Shown piece after piece: positions 20,101 through 27,081 of a stretch of 32,665 bases of DNA. Each line of letters starts with the position of its first letter. Position 1 is the stretch's first letter. The notes below the pieces were generated by a model that saw only the letters and a list, made by a program, of their open reading frames with translations, did not search any database and was not told the origin of the DNA. Source of the DNA: a virus (Duplodnaviria; Caudoviricetes); IMG/VR virus record IMGVR_UViG_3300020438_000143, positions 1-32,665 of that record; one strand, written 5' to 3'. Both the position numbers and the translations under genes were made by a program.

Positions 20101-20782
20101 TACTGGTAATGGTTGTAATAACGGAAGATTTGTGCATGATAAGTTCGCCTTAGCTTACCTTTATCCTGAATTTAATATTAGTAAAGATAAAGAAATAAAA
20201 AATCTAGATAGTGGACAAAGTTATGTAGCAGATGGTAGCAGCACTCAAGTGGATTTAATAACTTATATAAAAGAAACTAAACTGGTTAGTGAAGGATACC
20301 ATACTTATACAGAAGAGCCTATGCTTGATGAAAATGATGAACCAATTCTTAATGATGACGGAACACCAGTGATGTATACTGTTTATGGAGAATATGTTAA
20401 TCCTAGATATTCATTTACAGTACAATTATACCCGGACGACAATCCAATCGTGGATCAGTATCAAAACACAACTTTTTCAAATTTTAGAACACAGTTTATT
20501 GAAAAACATGGTAGCGAACACTGGTTAGCTTTATTGGTTCCCGGTCAGCGTATCGCAATAAGACCACCCACTGCACCAAAGGATTTATTACCGAACGAAA
20601 ACGTTTTGAGTAGAAATGGAAATTACATGCTAGATCAAGGAAATGGTAGTTCTAGACAATTGTTTGAAAGAACGGTTGAATACGAGTTTAACTTTCAGAG
20701 TCAATCCCTTTTAGAAACTACTAAAAGTTTTGAGGGATGGTTTTCATATGGAATAATAGGCATAGAAGAAGAAGAAGGTTAG
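11126..20782 (+). CDS. Giant 3218-aa mosaic virion/adhesin-like protein: cupredoxin-like domains, Thr-rich linkers, Gly-rich domain, FN3-like domains
   Basis: Uninterrupted 9.66-kb ORF; H...CxxHxxM motifs; Gly-rich block IIIGGGGGGG...GGNGKIILKY; FN3-like VTLIWNPP...YYIEYK...YDFRIA; no obvious signal peptide or transmembrane helix. Confidence 0.8.
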   Translation: MATYNITITNSGSSNFVFNGSHSGGALNASNDPSLTFDVGDVVNFTFNQSSTHPFQIRQGSSTGTLVFGSYASGTQAWNVSSGGMYTYVCQNHSSMQGNISVAGSVTTTTQTTTTQDNTTTTQTTTTQAIPTTQATTTTTTTTQPENTTTTTTQSENTTTTTQPANTTTTESGVTTTQAPTPVNTIPVDDTTPVETPTVITVIANNGDTWTLPNTVSVFGAAPEKIMDLRRLLQFNFHPDSIIHDIVIKNANVSSGNRDAFYIRNITTPTLNLYRGKSYIFDLRDESNIGNPIRFYTRKKNRSPLLNLGLLPYSQGVEYFGASGSEYGFIYFTVPSDAPDILYYDSAVGVNYGGTVNIKDVPVVTTEPPPEVPPLKLPPDNLYIHDTSSVVCNVQGACVPRTGKGRKSDIRYRIPDYEFLEPLQTTAPISTTVSASTTATTTSTTAPPDTNPYHLVKYPKGKILKIEVGPWSGAFGNTEVQQYFWVDKFYYIDGGTGEYTEFLYEGASSPMDGDPRIGRIGPLLSNVLQQGETYTFDQSDPSNSGHRLLFSKTRDGTHNGGVPFTRYVETFGTPGTEGAGTTIHVPYGQSVELFFYCENHPGMIQGINPHISVVAKSTKGRYDLPNVPDTSNFNIIAPGAIAWEDNKYKYLSFNNSTEMSLSYTSDDFAAPSLDFEYIIIGGGGGGGIQDERGPSGGGGAGAVVSGVTSVSTGNHLVSIGHGGGAGVNGERSSFNFNYANGGGFGGTYLDIGSPSDAQDYGPNYFENIGSHGGAGADSQRSTTGDYDYQQLNTFVNNGGVSTDGVLSGGGGGGGAGTKGSDTLTESTWKGGNGGDGIFIDLNPYDARYYAAGGAGGGSGIAQTGSGGQGGGGSYLSVNGEANTGSGGAGNSELDVLKSSNAGSGGNGKIILKYLKDSPRLYDVDAKATPLKIEYAQVCDNEVTLIWNPPNQDAIKTYYYIEYKKASETQFSMSSYVLSDRYKTFKSFRLPYDTYDFRIAITSENDNTVFVSGDVARVPVVDLDLIPEIILATYDPTLMNINIELNKSDIDCVLRFKVNDEGLWSDPIPAPSQYPTIDLSGGIIKSGDTVIIQCGIMNNGVPVFKEKETECLITDPRFEVENTTPYLKNLTVRDGNDGLCGFIELLFDVDDVEHAREVYIEIGSHAFNFQVSSGERNTFRIFNCQINISGDITTQMLIKVWNVFSKSRLGYLSYGESGSGEEIAFCEPSSIYNGVPSYSSHSWENNIASPTSSIAINFDGIWDQDAIGVILFTNCEGTSDIPTVCIPIPEDRINKEENGFTIGCGFPVDSFDPDLDYVVGCCMFYYYPDGFNTSVSPKDFPPEERPEGPQGGIINCGPAPPTGSVPYPDPNPPTNGPIILSFTPTPPTNTTIATTTSGPPSQPDDDWPLPPPYTPNYKDGGFIITCNFIPGAKEGDDTPTDSNGNPNSCPSILEASYDYQFFTNTPRIELQPRPEHQNVTGAFCFCVFAVSPEGVIGDPTCTTYYNDFPTTPELLPPRKLGIGISDCQATITFEESLNIEDFDLGSAESRTRGYKVYLTEPDGNVQTSILNYGEYDPQYTTAKYLTTFEIRTLGRHTVRLSAYVESDDLEYSSKSVVETIFAQDNECNIDAPFGTGTGLTREKQFLAAPAVVFNFRNFKSAKIKLNHADPDNSKFFRFTISKVRGSGENMEFHTSQSFWATPAIVAQKQRELNRDVYGFVLDENDEAIIDSVFIFEPNEQILITAYSTAADSDTHVFLSSPRDLFAKAPPHRRPARPKFVNPVGRQGRIEFSLALSNATGWSSEFWEQELDELTEIKILYVAVLEGSTGYVPSLGYNPSTLKSIIIDPRKHQTSDKIVIENTYAGPYIIYAQVKNKKFYSDKNETTVDPIVGLNFIITENGSFMVNGVDDTGVEFYEDYNPDLNFWYKGEGSTLSFKLTNESSTLSPLYASELYITPVAAHPYHEYKCSDNGGIDIDVNHSKGGRFFDDGYYSHKITTPGRYQYTVLPRMQSASPSWRDYSSTPKLTGQLGVFNFVPIDPKIKVDLGSRSSDQKIILDLSNLDVGNLKNSSTSYVVESSSGSVAGTLPDGAVYIPTAGYENYFIEFQVITNDNICSAKHRVWIWTFPEKFPDVGNMSLGCSDDCRTLYSLLPSFLQYKPRGLVKRGGGNWSLYKEGVCIYDDQPSIKKMSYNLGEWSIPTELVDDPNTVLDEETMMSYIQGHQLVVIEPSKEEGKHGCFVYRPITDSEYLARSPWNKLPIRWPADAGGKGLKPESSPITICPTNHGRYSNEIELTLIKKSADTDSFYGYQYDKYWASLFGALDYEEKLGPDTPSPCAVENATFYAPNPPPEGSPPGSSPDASIEIYQFTLEIKNSLGLTKKVTGLTGKGGLPIKMYCIYDEDSLRQDRKVKVPLCLDCPSDYLLSSDSNGIGYYRTSRSDPETFEWVNHQVYDDGGNGTVSEEDLVEEILVLGQFPTYDLCSQSLNDDLENEIEDRVFVCERPTTTSVPVFTTTTTTTTTTTTTTTTTTTTTTTTASPEVIPVPCDCADSRVTLCPTLKDFVMETIAGDQIFDWMDADGNPTSTYTEKYKPANFQPFTLQIGLYDPEGVYYRSRGPYEITRVVDGKTVTTLQSASHETTFRADPDDEAQGSVPPSRYIGYYGGEVELSKSNNSFSPQNMFGYETKIIGGEEYYLRCHATVKHSPTLWNWQEVDIPNFKDIDSYIGSLNITNGLPCPTSYSHLTNCSHSQDTSQLKGYYNNDPLDEQMIDIIITDFVYQVPGDLGDVYRCQYVSLRWKHNGEFLDSWPNYWYDTEDELFYDIDSWKPEGGTAGIDSNLGPIPDEESVDRTWWTSLQKYNRGEVLSPPPRFNGTSASACNDEGECVGIPLFGRGFKITKSYTLSVVVKIQGHLYSQQSPSLRKDWFWEDLGVKNWQIKGQDSRCFHENGEMLISQNGDEYLVLIESANLDYNFGGDWPFAYDIKIDENKLNFSYTTGNGCNNGRFVHDKFALAYLYPEFNISKDKEIKNLDSGQSYVADGSSTQVDLITYIKETKLVSEGYHTYTEEPMLDENDEPILNDDGTPVMYTVYGEYVNPRYSFTVQLYPDDNPIVDQYQNTTFSNFRTQFIEKHGSEHWLALLVPGQRIAIRPPTAPKDLLPNENVLSRNGNYMLDQGNGSSRQLFERTVEYEFNFQSQSLLETTKSFEGWFSYGIIGIEEEEG
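11444..11660 (+). repeat. Imperfect tandem repeat encoding TTTTQ / xNTTTT(T)Q units
   Basis: Recurrent actac(t/c)accactca units translating to TTTTQTTTTQDNTTTTQTTTTQAIPTTQATTTTTTTTQPENTTTTTTQSENTTTTTQPANTTTT. Confidence 0.9.
18656..18727 (+). repeat. Poly-threonine tract (24 consecutive Thr codons)
   Basis: (ACN)24 counted from the sequence; all four Thr codons are used. Confidence 0.95.
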
Positions 20783-20797
20783 GTTATAGGTTTTATT

Positions 20798-23700
20798 ATG
20801 ATTAAAAATATAGGTGTAGCTGGAACAAAGCATTACAGAGTTGATGGCAATGGTTGTAGAAAACCTAGAGGTAGAGTATGTGCTTTTTCAAAAGCTTTAC
20901 ATGTTGTTGATTTCCAGAGAACGCATACGGCTAGATTAATAAAAAATATGATACTCTGGTCCAACACTGATAAAGGTAATAAAATAACATACTTTGACAC
21001 ACAGAACGAATTGTTTAATACTAATATAGAATCGCTATGTACTAGTATGGGATTTACTGTTAATAAAATTTCACCTTGGTATGAGCTTCAATCAATATTC
21101 GATAATCCTAGTGAGGCATCTAACAAAGGTTCTGTCTATTTACTGTTCCCAAGTTATAACCCGCGAGAAGGCGGCTGGATGCCTGACCTAGTTCAAAAAA
21201 GGCTTATGTACGAAATTTTAGAAAATGGCAAAGGCTTGGTTCTGTGCGAGTGGTTTCACTACATGCAGTCTATTAATAACGCTAATAAAAGATCTTTTTC
21301 CCTTCATGGAGATGGTACATTCCCATCTCAAACTGAACCAGATTATACTGATGGCTTATTCACTTTATCGCCTTTTGATTTCGACGACTTTGTAGATTTA
21401 GAAAAACCTCAAATATCTATATATAGCAAAAACGTTGAAGACGATAGCATGAGTCGCGGCATGTTCAATAGTTTTACATATTTTAATACGGTAGGGTCTC
21501 AAGGAGCATACTATACAACTGCTTATAATGCTATCTTTTCAGAGATAACCAGAACTAAACCAAATGTAGAACCTAGTAATGATTCATTTTCTACAGAAAC
21601 AGAAGTTTATTGGTATGTAGATCCCAAAGAAGTTCTAGTCACTACTACAACAACTACAACTACAGTAGCACCAGTTCTTGAAAAAGACATTAGATTTAAA
21701 GTAGCAACATTGAGAGAAGATGAATACTGTGGCCCTCATGTAAAAAGTTTAATCGGTCAACATGCCAACCTTTTTGAGATGATTAATAACGAATTATATT
21801 TAATTAAAAATCCTTCTGAAGCAGCTCGTTATAACCTAAAAATTAAATATTCTGATTTCTTTAAAGAGAAAAGATTTGAAGATTTTTACAAACATTTCTC
21901 TCTTTCGTTAGCTGATTGTTCTGCTCCTATTTCTCTTCCCAGAGGAAGAATAACACGACCAATGTGGAGTTACTATTCAGATTGTAAAGATTTATGGGAT
22001 AGACCTTCTGGAGCTTCAACAAGTTCTCGAACTGCTAGTTGGAGCGTCTCTGGAGAAGGAACTTATGAAAACCCTTTTGTAGCCAAACTGTCTGGTAGTC
22101 ATTGTGAACATTCTGTGTTGTGGCTTCGGGTAAATGAGCCGGGGTCTTTAAACTGGGAAATAAAAGCGTCAACTGAAAGCTTATCTCAGCCTGACAACTA
22201 TTGTGGTGGTGATATAGATTTAACTACTACTAATGCTGATTGGGGTGGTATATATATAGCAAGTGGTAATATAAGTCCAACTCAACATTATCATGAGATT
22301 AAAGATCTTGACTATAAAGATACATATCCAGACCATGATGATGGTACTGTTCATTTTCATTTAGAACCTATTGTACAAGGAGTAGCTGGTAGCGGAATTG
22401 TAAAAAGTGGTAACAGTCCTAAAAATCTTTCTTTTAATCCAGAGGTTGATTCCGAAAAATGCTATATCTTGCTAACATTCTCTAAAGACGAAAAAATTTC
22501 TATGCTAGATGATGAAATAGAAGCTACTTTTATTTTAGGAACTACGCCCGCCCCAGTTCCTGAAGATGCTACATTTAGATTCTATATAGTAAACAGAGTT
22601 GATGGAACTACTTTGTCTGGTTCAGAGAATAATAGATCAGAAAGATTCATAACACAAGCTGAAGGCAGTCAAATAAAAAATTTGCCAGAACAAAACATAA
22701 GCATCACAATTGATGATAGCTCTTTTGAATTAGATGGTCCCTTGTCGTTTACATTCATACCAGCCAATTCGTCACTGTCTATGGAGATCCTTTCTGCCAC
22801 TTCTGCAAAGATAAATAATTTCACAATGCCAAATGATGGAGGTTCTGCGATAATCTATATTGATGGAAATCTTAGACCTAAGCCTACTACTACTGTACCT
22901 CCTAGATTTACGTATAAGATTATTTTCAAAAACATGTCATACCAAACTGTATTTAATTATAAAGACTTGACTATACTTCCTTATGACCAAGAAATAGATA
23001 ATACATATGAATACACTTATGTTGGTCCAGTGGGTACGGGTTCTACAAAAAACAGTAACGACTGCACTAGTAATAACCATATGATATATCAAAGCATTGA
23101 TGATAGTTTAGAATACAGGGAAAGCCAAGTTCCAATACTTACCGTTACAGATAGTTCTTTCAGCGAAATACCCAAAGGCAGTATAAATGAGTTTATATCC
23201 TGTTTGCAAAACGATATAGAAACAGATATTAAACAAAGTATTCAATATTATTATTGCTCAAATAATGATCATAGTTTTGATATGGGAGAAGAAGGTATAA
23301 AAGTAAATTATGGCAAGTCCCCTTGCGGGTCTAACTCCCTCCCAAATCCTCTTCCTATAAAAATAGGACTACCAGATATGCCAGAAGGTGGTAATACAAT
23401 ATATGTAAGAATAGACGGCGCTCCAATAGCCAAAACAACACAACCGCCTCCACCGGAACCGACGATTCCTATAACAACAACGACAGAAGAGCCTTGTGAC
23501 GATTTGATATTAGTCTTGTGTGAACAAACTTTAGTTTGCAATAAAGTTGATGATGTATGTACGCCTAGCCTTGAGTCATCTTCAAATACTATAAAATTCG
23601 ATACTTGTTGTAGTGATTTGAGTCAAGACGATATTATAAGAAGGGTGTTTAGTGTAATAACTGGAGAAGAAGCTGGATCAAGGTCTACTCAAAGTCTCAA

Positions 23701-23872
23701 GGCAGATATAGATGCGCATTTCTCCAATGAATGTCCACCAATACCAACAGAAGCATTTATAAGCTGCGATAGCGACCAAAGTGCTACCTGTTCAACTCAA
23801 ATAGGTATTAGAACTATAGCAGCAATTGACTGCTATGATGCCGCTAGTCATCCTCCAAACCCATTACCATAA
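20798..23872 (+). CDS. Large mosaic structural protein (1024 aa) with Thr linkers and a Cys-rich C-terminus
   Basis: N-terminal alpha/beta domain (EILENGKGLVLCEW), T8 linker, cadherin-like segment (SLIGQHANLFEMINNELYL...YNLKIK), jelly-roll-like segment (LLTFSKD), 10 Cys in the last ~125 aa. Confidence 0.7.
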   Translation: MIKNIGVAGTKHYRVDGNGCRKPRGRVCAFSKALHVVDFQRTHTARLIKNMILWSNTDKGNKITYFDTQNELFNTNIESLCTSMGFTVNKISPWYELQSIFDNPSEASNKGSVYLLFPSYNPREGGWMPDLVQKRLMYEILENGKGLVLCEWFHYMQSINNANKRSFSLHGDGTFPSQTEPDYTDGLFTLSPFDFDDFVDLEKPQISIYSKNVEDDSMSRGMFNSFTYFNTVGSQGAYYTTAYNAIFSEITRTKPNVEPSNDSFSTETEVYWYVDPKEVLVTTTTTTTTVAPVLEKDIRFKVATLREDEYCGPHVKSLIGQHANLFEMINNELYLIKNPSEAARYNLKIKYSDFFKEKRFEDFYKHFSLSLADCSAPISLPRGRITRPMWSYYSDCKDLWDRPSGASTSSRTASWSVSGEGTYENPFVAKLSGSHCEHSVLWLRVNEPGSLNWEIKASTESLSQPDNYCGGDIDLTTTNADWGGIYIASGNISPTQHYHEIKDLDYKDTYPDHDDGTVHFHLEPIVQGVAGSGIVKSGNSPKNLSFNPEVDSEKCYILLTFSKDEKISMLDDEIEATFILGTTPAPVPEDATFRFYIVNRVDGTTLSGSENNRSERFITQAEGSQIKNLPEQNISITIDDSSFELDGPLSFTFIPANSSLSMEILSATSAKINNFTMPNDGGSAIIYIDGNLRPKPTTTVPPRFTYKIIFKNMSYQTVFNYKDLTILPYDQEIDNTYEYTYVGPVGTGSTKNSNDCTSNNHMIYQSIDDSLEYRESQVPILTVTDSSFSEIPKGSINEFISCLQNDIETDIKQSIQYYYCSNNDHSFDMGEEGIKVNYGKSPCGSNSLPNPLPIKIGLPDMPEGGNTIYVRIDGAPIAKTTQPPPPEPTIPITTTTEEPCDDLILVLCEQTLVCNKVDDVCTPSLESSSNTIKFDTCCSDLSQDDIIRRVFSVITGEEAGSRSTQSLKADIDAHFSNECPPIPTEAFISCDSDQSATCSTQIGIRTIAAIDCYDAASHPPNPLP

Positions 23873-23874
23873 AT

Positions 23875-26800
23875 ATGAAACATTTTAGAACATCATTTTC
23901 AGAAATTATTTGTGGAAATATAAAAATTCCCGCAAGTCTTAGGGTTGGATTAATTTCTGATTCTAGTAACGTTGATTATCCTTTAATTCACAATCGAAGT
24001 GTGCAGTTGGGATCAGGGTCATCATTTACAACGGCTTCTTCTAAAATAACAAAAAACATAGTTGTAGACAAATACGTTATATATTGCGATCAAGAGTCTG
24101 GTACTTGTGGACCTTGGATAGTTGAAAATTCTATACAGGTTAAGATATATGAGACTGAAAACAATACTCTTCTCGCTCAAAAAACTATTGGTCGTCTAGA
24201 CGATATCTCAATTATGCCATCAGACGGTGTATACGAGCATCCATCTATAATACTAGAACCGTGTTCTCCCTCTATTAATTTAAAAGATGTATCTTTAAGA
24301 ATAGAGTTTAATAGCCTATGCGATTCTGGCTCTAATGTTTGTTGTGATCACCTTCCAGAAAATGTATCTGTTAGTGGGTATGATGTCCTATGTCTTCCTT
24401 TAACTGATTTTTACGTTGTTCCTCCAGATCCTACTACAACAACTACTCCTGCACCAGTAGTTGTAAACAGAACAATAATAGACAGACAGCCGACTATTAA
24501 GACATCAGATGATATTGATTATTATAGAGTAGAATCTGATATAAGTATTATTGGAGGCTCATCATTTACATATTGGTGGGAAAGAAAAGAAGAAGGAACA
24601 GATTGGGTTAGGCATACGGACTTGCAAGAGTCTCTATCTAATAAGACAGTATTTATTAGAGAGCCAAAAGAAAAAGATTATTATTACAGACTTTTGTTAA
24701 TTGAACCTAATAAAATATATAGTGATTCTATTTTCTTTGATTTTCCTGACCCTACTACAACTACGACTACGACCCTTGCTCCTAAATACTTTGAACCACC
24801 CAACGCTGTGACAAATGTAGAATCTAGTGGAGGTTTCAGAAAAGTATTTTTGTCTTGGGAGCCGCCTGTTTATGATGGAAACTCAGACATAACAGGATAC
24901 CATATTGTTGGCAAACTCCCTGATGGGGGTAAGTTTTGGGACGACGAAACCACTATTGTTAATACTGGCGTTGAACCTTCTGTTACTAGTTATTTCCAAC
25001 CTGTATCTTTTGAATATGACGGTGTTAATATACAATATTCTGTTTTTTCTAAAAATTATTTTGGAATAAAAGGCTCAAGTGCAAGTGTACTTGGTCATAA
25101 CTCTGTTTTTGGCAAAACGATTTCCAATGATCCACCTACTGTTTTAAATTTCAGTCTTTTTCCTTTTAGAACATCCTCAAGCAGAGGTTATAATTTGGAT
25201 TGGGAAACAATTTCAAGTCCAGACCAGCCTTTACTTTCTCATGTAATTAAATATAGACCTAGTGGTTCCATCGAAGATTACGTAACTGATATTTATTCAG
25301 ACGTTGAAACTAGTGTTTCAATTACTGGATCTTTCTTAGGTTGTGAACCCTATGAAGTTACTGTCGAAGGTATAAACGAAGTTGGAAATAGCATACCCGT
25401 AACTGGTTATTCCTTGATGGCTTTTCCACCTTCTGCGCCAACTGGAGTATCTTACACTTTGCTGGATGGTCAATCCAATTCTTTTGTAGAGATGAGTGGT
25501 TCTTGGAATTCACCTTTAGATGATGGCTTTTGTCCTGTAAATGATTATGTATTTTCCTACAGACTGTTACCAGATGGTGATTTCACAGACCCTATTACTA
25601 CTAATAATCTTCTTAGTTTTAAGACTTCTGACACTCTACCTTCTGGAGATTACGAGTTAAGGGTAGCTGGGATTTCAGAATTTCGTAGAGCAACTTCGTG
25701 GGATAGTGATGGAAACGTTGTTGAGCTTCACAGGATTTATAATACTGGAGTTTATGGTTTTTATAATCCTTTAACTGTATTTATATATAACTTTGAATCT
25801 TGGAGGGTTATAAACGAGAATCCAAATAGTGACTATTCCCGAGAAGAAACTTATCCTTATTGGCCCAGTGGTTTTATAATCACAGAAGATGTTGGACCTA
25901 GAAATTTACCAGCAAGGCTTAATTGTGGAAATCGGAATCTCCAAAAAGATGATGGTTCTTTTTATGATTGTTACGATGGGTTTGAGACACGTAAGTTTGG
26001 AAATTCTGGACTTTATCTTTCTGAAGACAACTTTGCTTGTCCTACAGATACTTATCGTGAGGGTAGTGATGGTGAATACACTAATGCTTGGAAATGGCTT
26101 GAGGGACCAGTAATAAATGATCAAGGAGCAAGAACTCCATCATTCTGGGGTCTAGATCCAATACCTTTACACAAAAATGAAAAAAGTAAAGTAACATTTG
26201 AATTCTGGTTTAAACTAAGTGGCGCTTATCTATCTTCTTGGGAAGAAGACCCTACATACGTAGCTGACATTAGTTTCTTACACACAAAAGATATATCTAC
26301 CCTTCATGATGCTTTTACATCCTCTAATGGATTCGACTATATGTACGATGGTGTTTCAAATTATTCAAATCATTATTCAATTATGAATGATTATGATAAT
26401 TTTTATGAACGCTATGCCTTTAGCAATTTTGGGATCAAAGGACAGTATGTCCCAAGTCTTGGTTTTAGGCTGATATATAATGATAAACACGCTATGCGTG
26501 AGGTAAAATATATTGATCCTACTGCTCCTACAGACGCATTCCCACGAGAAATAGCAACTATACTTACTCAGGCAAGCTCAAACTTGACCAATCTAGCTTA
26601 TCCAGAAACAGTCAATGAGTTTACAGGAAGATTTTCGTCTCATGGTGTTAACTTAAATAACGGTGATATTCCAACTAATGTATATATAGATGACACGGAT
26701 TGGCATCACATAGCGCTATGCTTAGATGGTGAAGCGTCTAATTTTGTAACTATGTATTACGACGGCGTTGAAGTCTTTACCCATAAACCTACTATACATC

Positions 26801-27069
26801 TTCATACAGAACACGATGGAACTAATTTACAACTTTTCCATAGTTATAAAACAACCCCCGGTGTTGAGTATACATATCTAGGAAGCGATTACGATCCGCT
26901 GTTAGCTTATGGAAGATTTAACTTAGGAGTAAAGATAGGTATAGAAGACTACGATTCAATAGAGAATTATGACGACACTTCTCAGTGTCTTCACTATGAT
27001 GACGTAAGATTGAGTGCGTCTGTTATATATGATGGAGCATTCGATCCACCGACTTCACCTCATACTTAA
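23875..27069 (+). CDS. Ig-like + three FN3 + LamG/ConA-like lectin domain protein (1064 aa)
   Basis: Ig-like FTYWWER...YYYRLLL; FN3 signatures LSWEPPVYDGNSDITGYHI, YEVTVEGINEVGNS, PPSAPTGV...SWNSPLDDGFCPVNDYVFSYR; LamG motifs TFEFWFK, DTDWHHIAL, MYYDG, YDDVRLS...FDPPT. Confidence 0.82.
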   Translation: MKHFRTSFSEIICGNIKIPASLRVGLISDSSNVDYPLIHNRSVQLGSGSSFTTASSKITKNIVVDKYVIYCDQESGTCGPWIVENSIQVKIYETENNTLLAQKTIGRLDDISIMPSDGVYEHPSIILEPCSPSINLKDVSLRIEFNSLCDSGSNVCCDHLPENVSVSGYDVLCLPLTDFYVVPPDPTTTTTPAPVVVNRTIIDRQPTIKTSDDIDYYRVESDISIIGGSSFTYWWERKEEGTDWVRHTDLQESLSNKTVFIREPKEKDYYYRLLLIEPNKIYSDSIFFDFPDPTTTTTTTLAPKYFEPPNAVTNVESSGGFRKVFLSWEPPVYDGNSDITGYHIVGKLPDGGKFWDDETTIVNTGVEPSVTSYFQPVSFEYDGVNIQYSVFSKNYFGIKGSSASVLGHNSVFGKTISNDPPTVLNFSLFPFRTSSSRGYNLDWETISSPDQPLLSHVIKYRPSGSIEDYVTDIYSDVETSVSITGSFLGCEPYEVTVEGINEVGNSIPVTGYSLMAFPPSAPTGVSYTLLDGQSNSFVEMSGSWNSPLDDGFCPVNDYVFSYRLLPDGDFTDPITTNNLLSFKTSDTLPSGDYELRVAGISEFRRATSWDSDGNVVELHRIYNTGVYGFYNPLTVFIYNFESWRVINENPNSDYSREETYPYWPSGFIITEDVGPRNLPARLNCGNRNLQKDDGSFYDCYDGFETRKFGNSGLYLSEDNFACPTDTYREGSDGEYTNAWKWLEGPVINDQGARTPSFWGLDPIPLHKNEKSKVTFEFWFKLSGAYLSSWEEDPTYVADISFLHTKDISTLHDAFTSSNGFDYMYDGVSNYSNHYSIMNDYDNFYERYAFSNFGIKGQYVPSLGFRLIYNDKHAMREVKYIDPTAPTDAFPREIATILTQASSNLTNLAYPETVNEFTGRFSSHGVNLNNGDIPTNVYIDDTDWHHIALCLDGEASNFVTMYYDGVEVFTHKPTIHLHTEHDGTNLQLFHSYKTTPGVEYTYLGSDYDPLLAYGRFNLGVKIGIEDYDSIENYDDTSQCLHYDDVRLSASVIYDGAFDPPTSPHT

Positions 27070-27081
27070 TAGGATTTTAAA

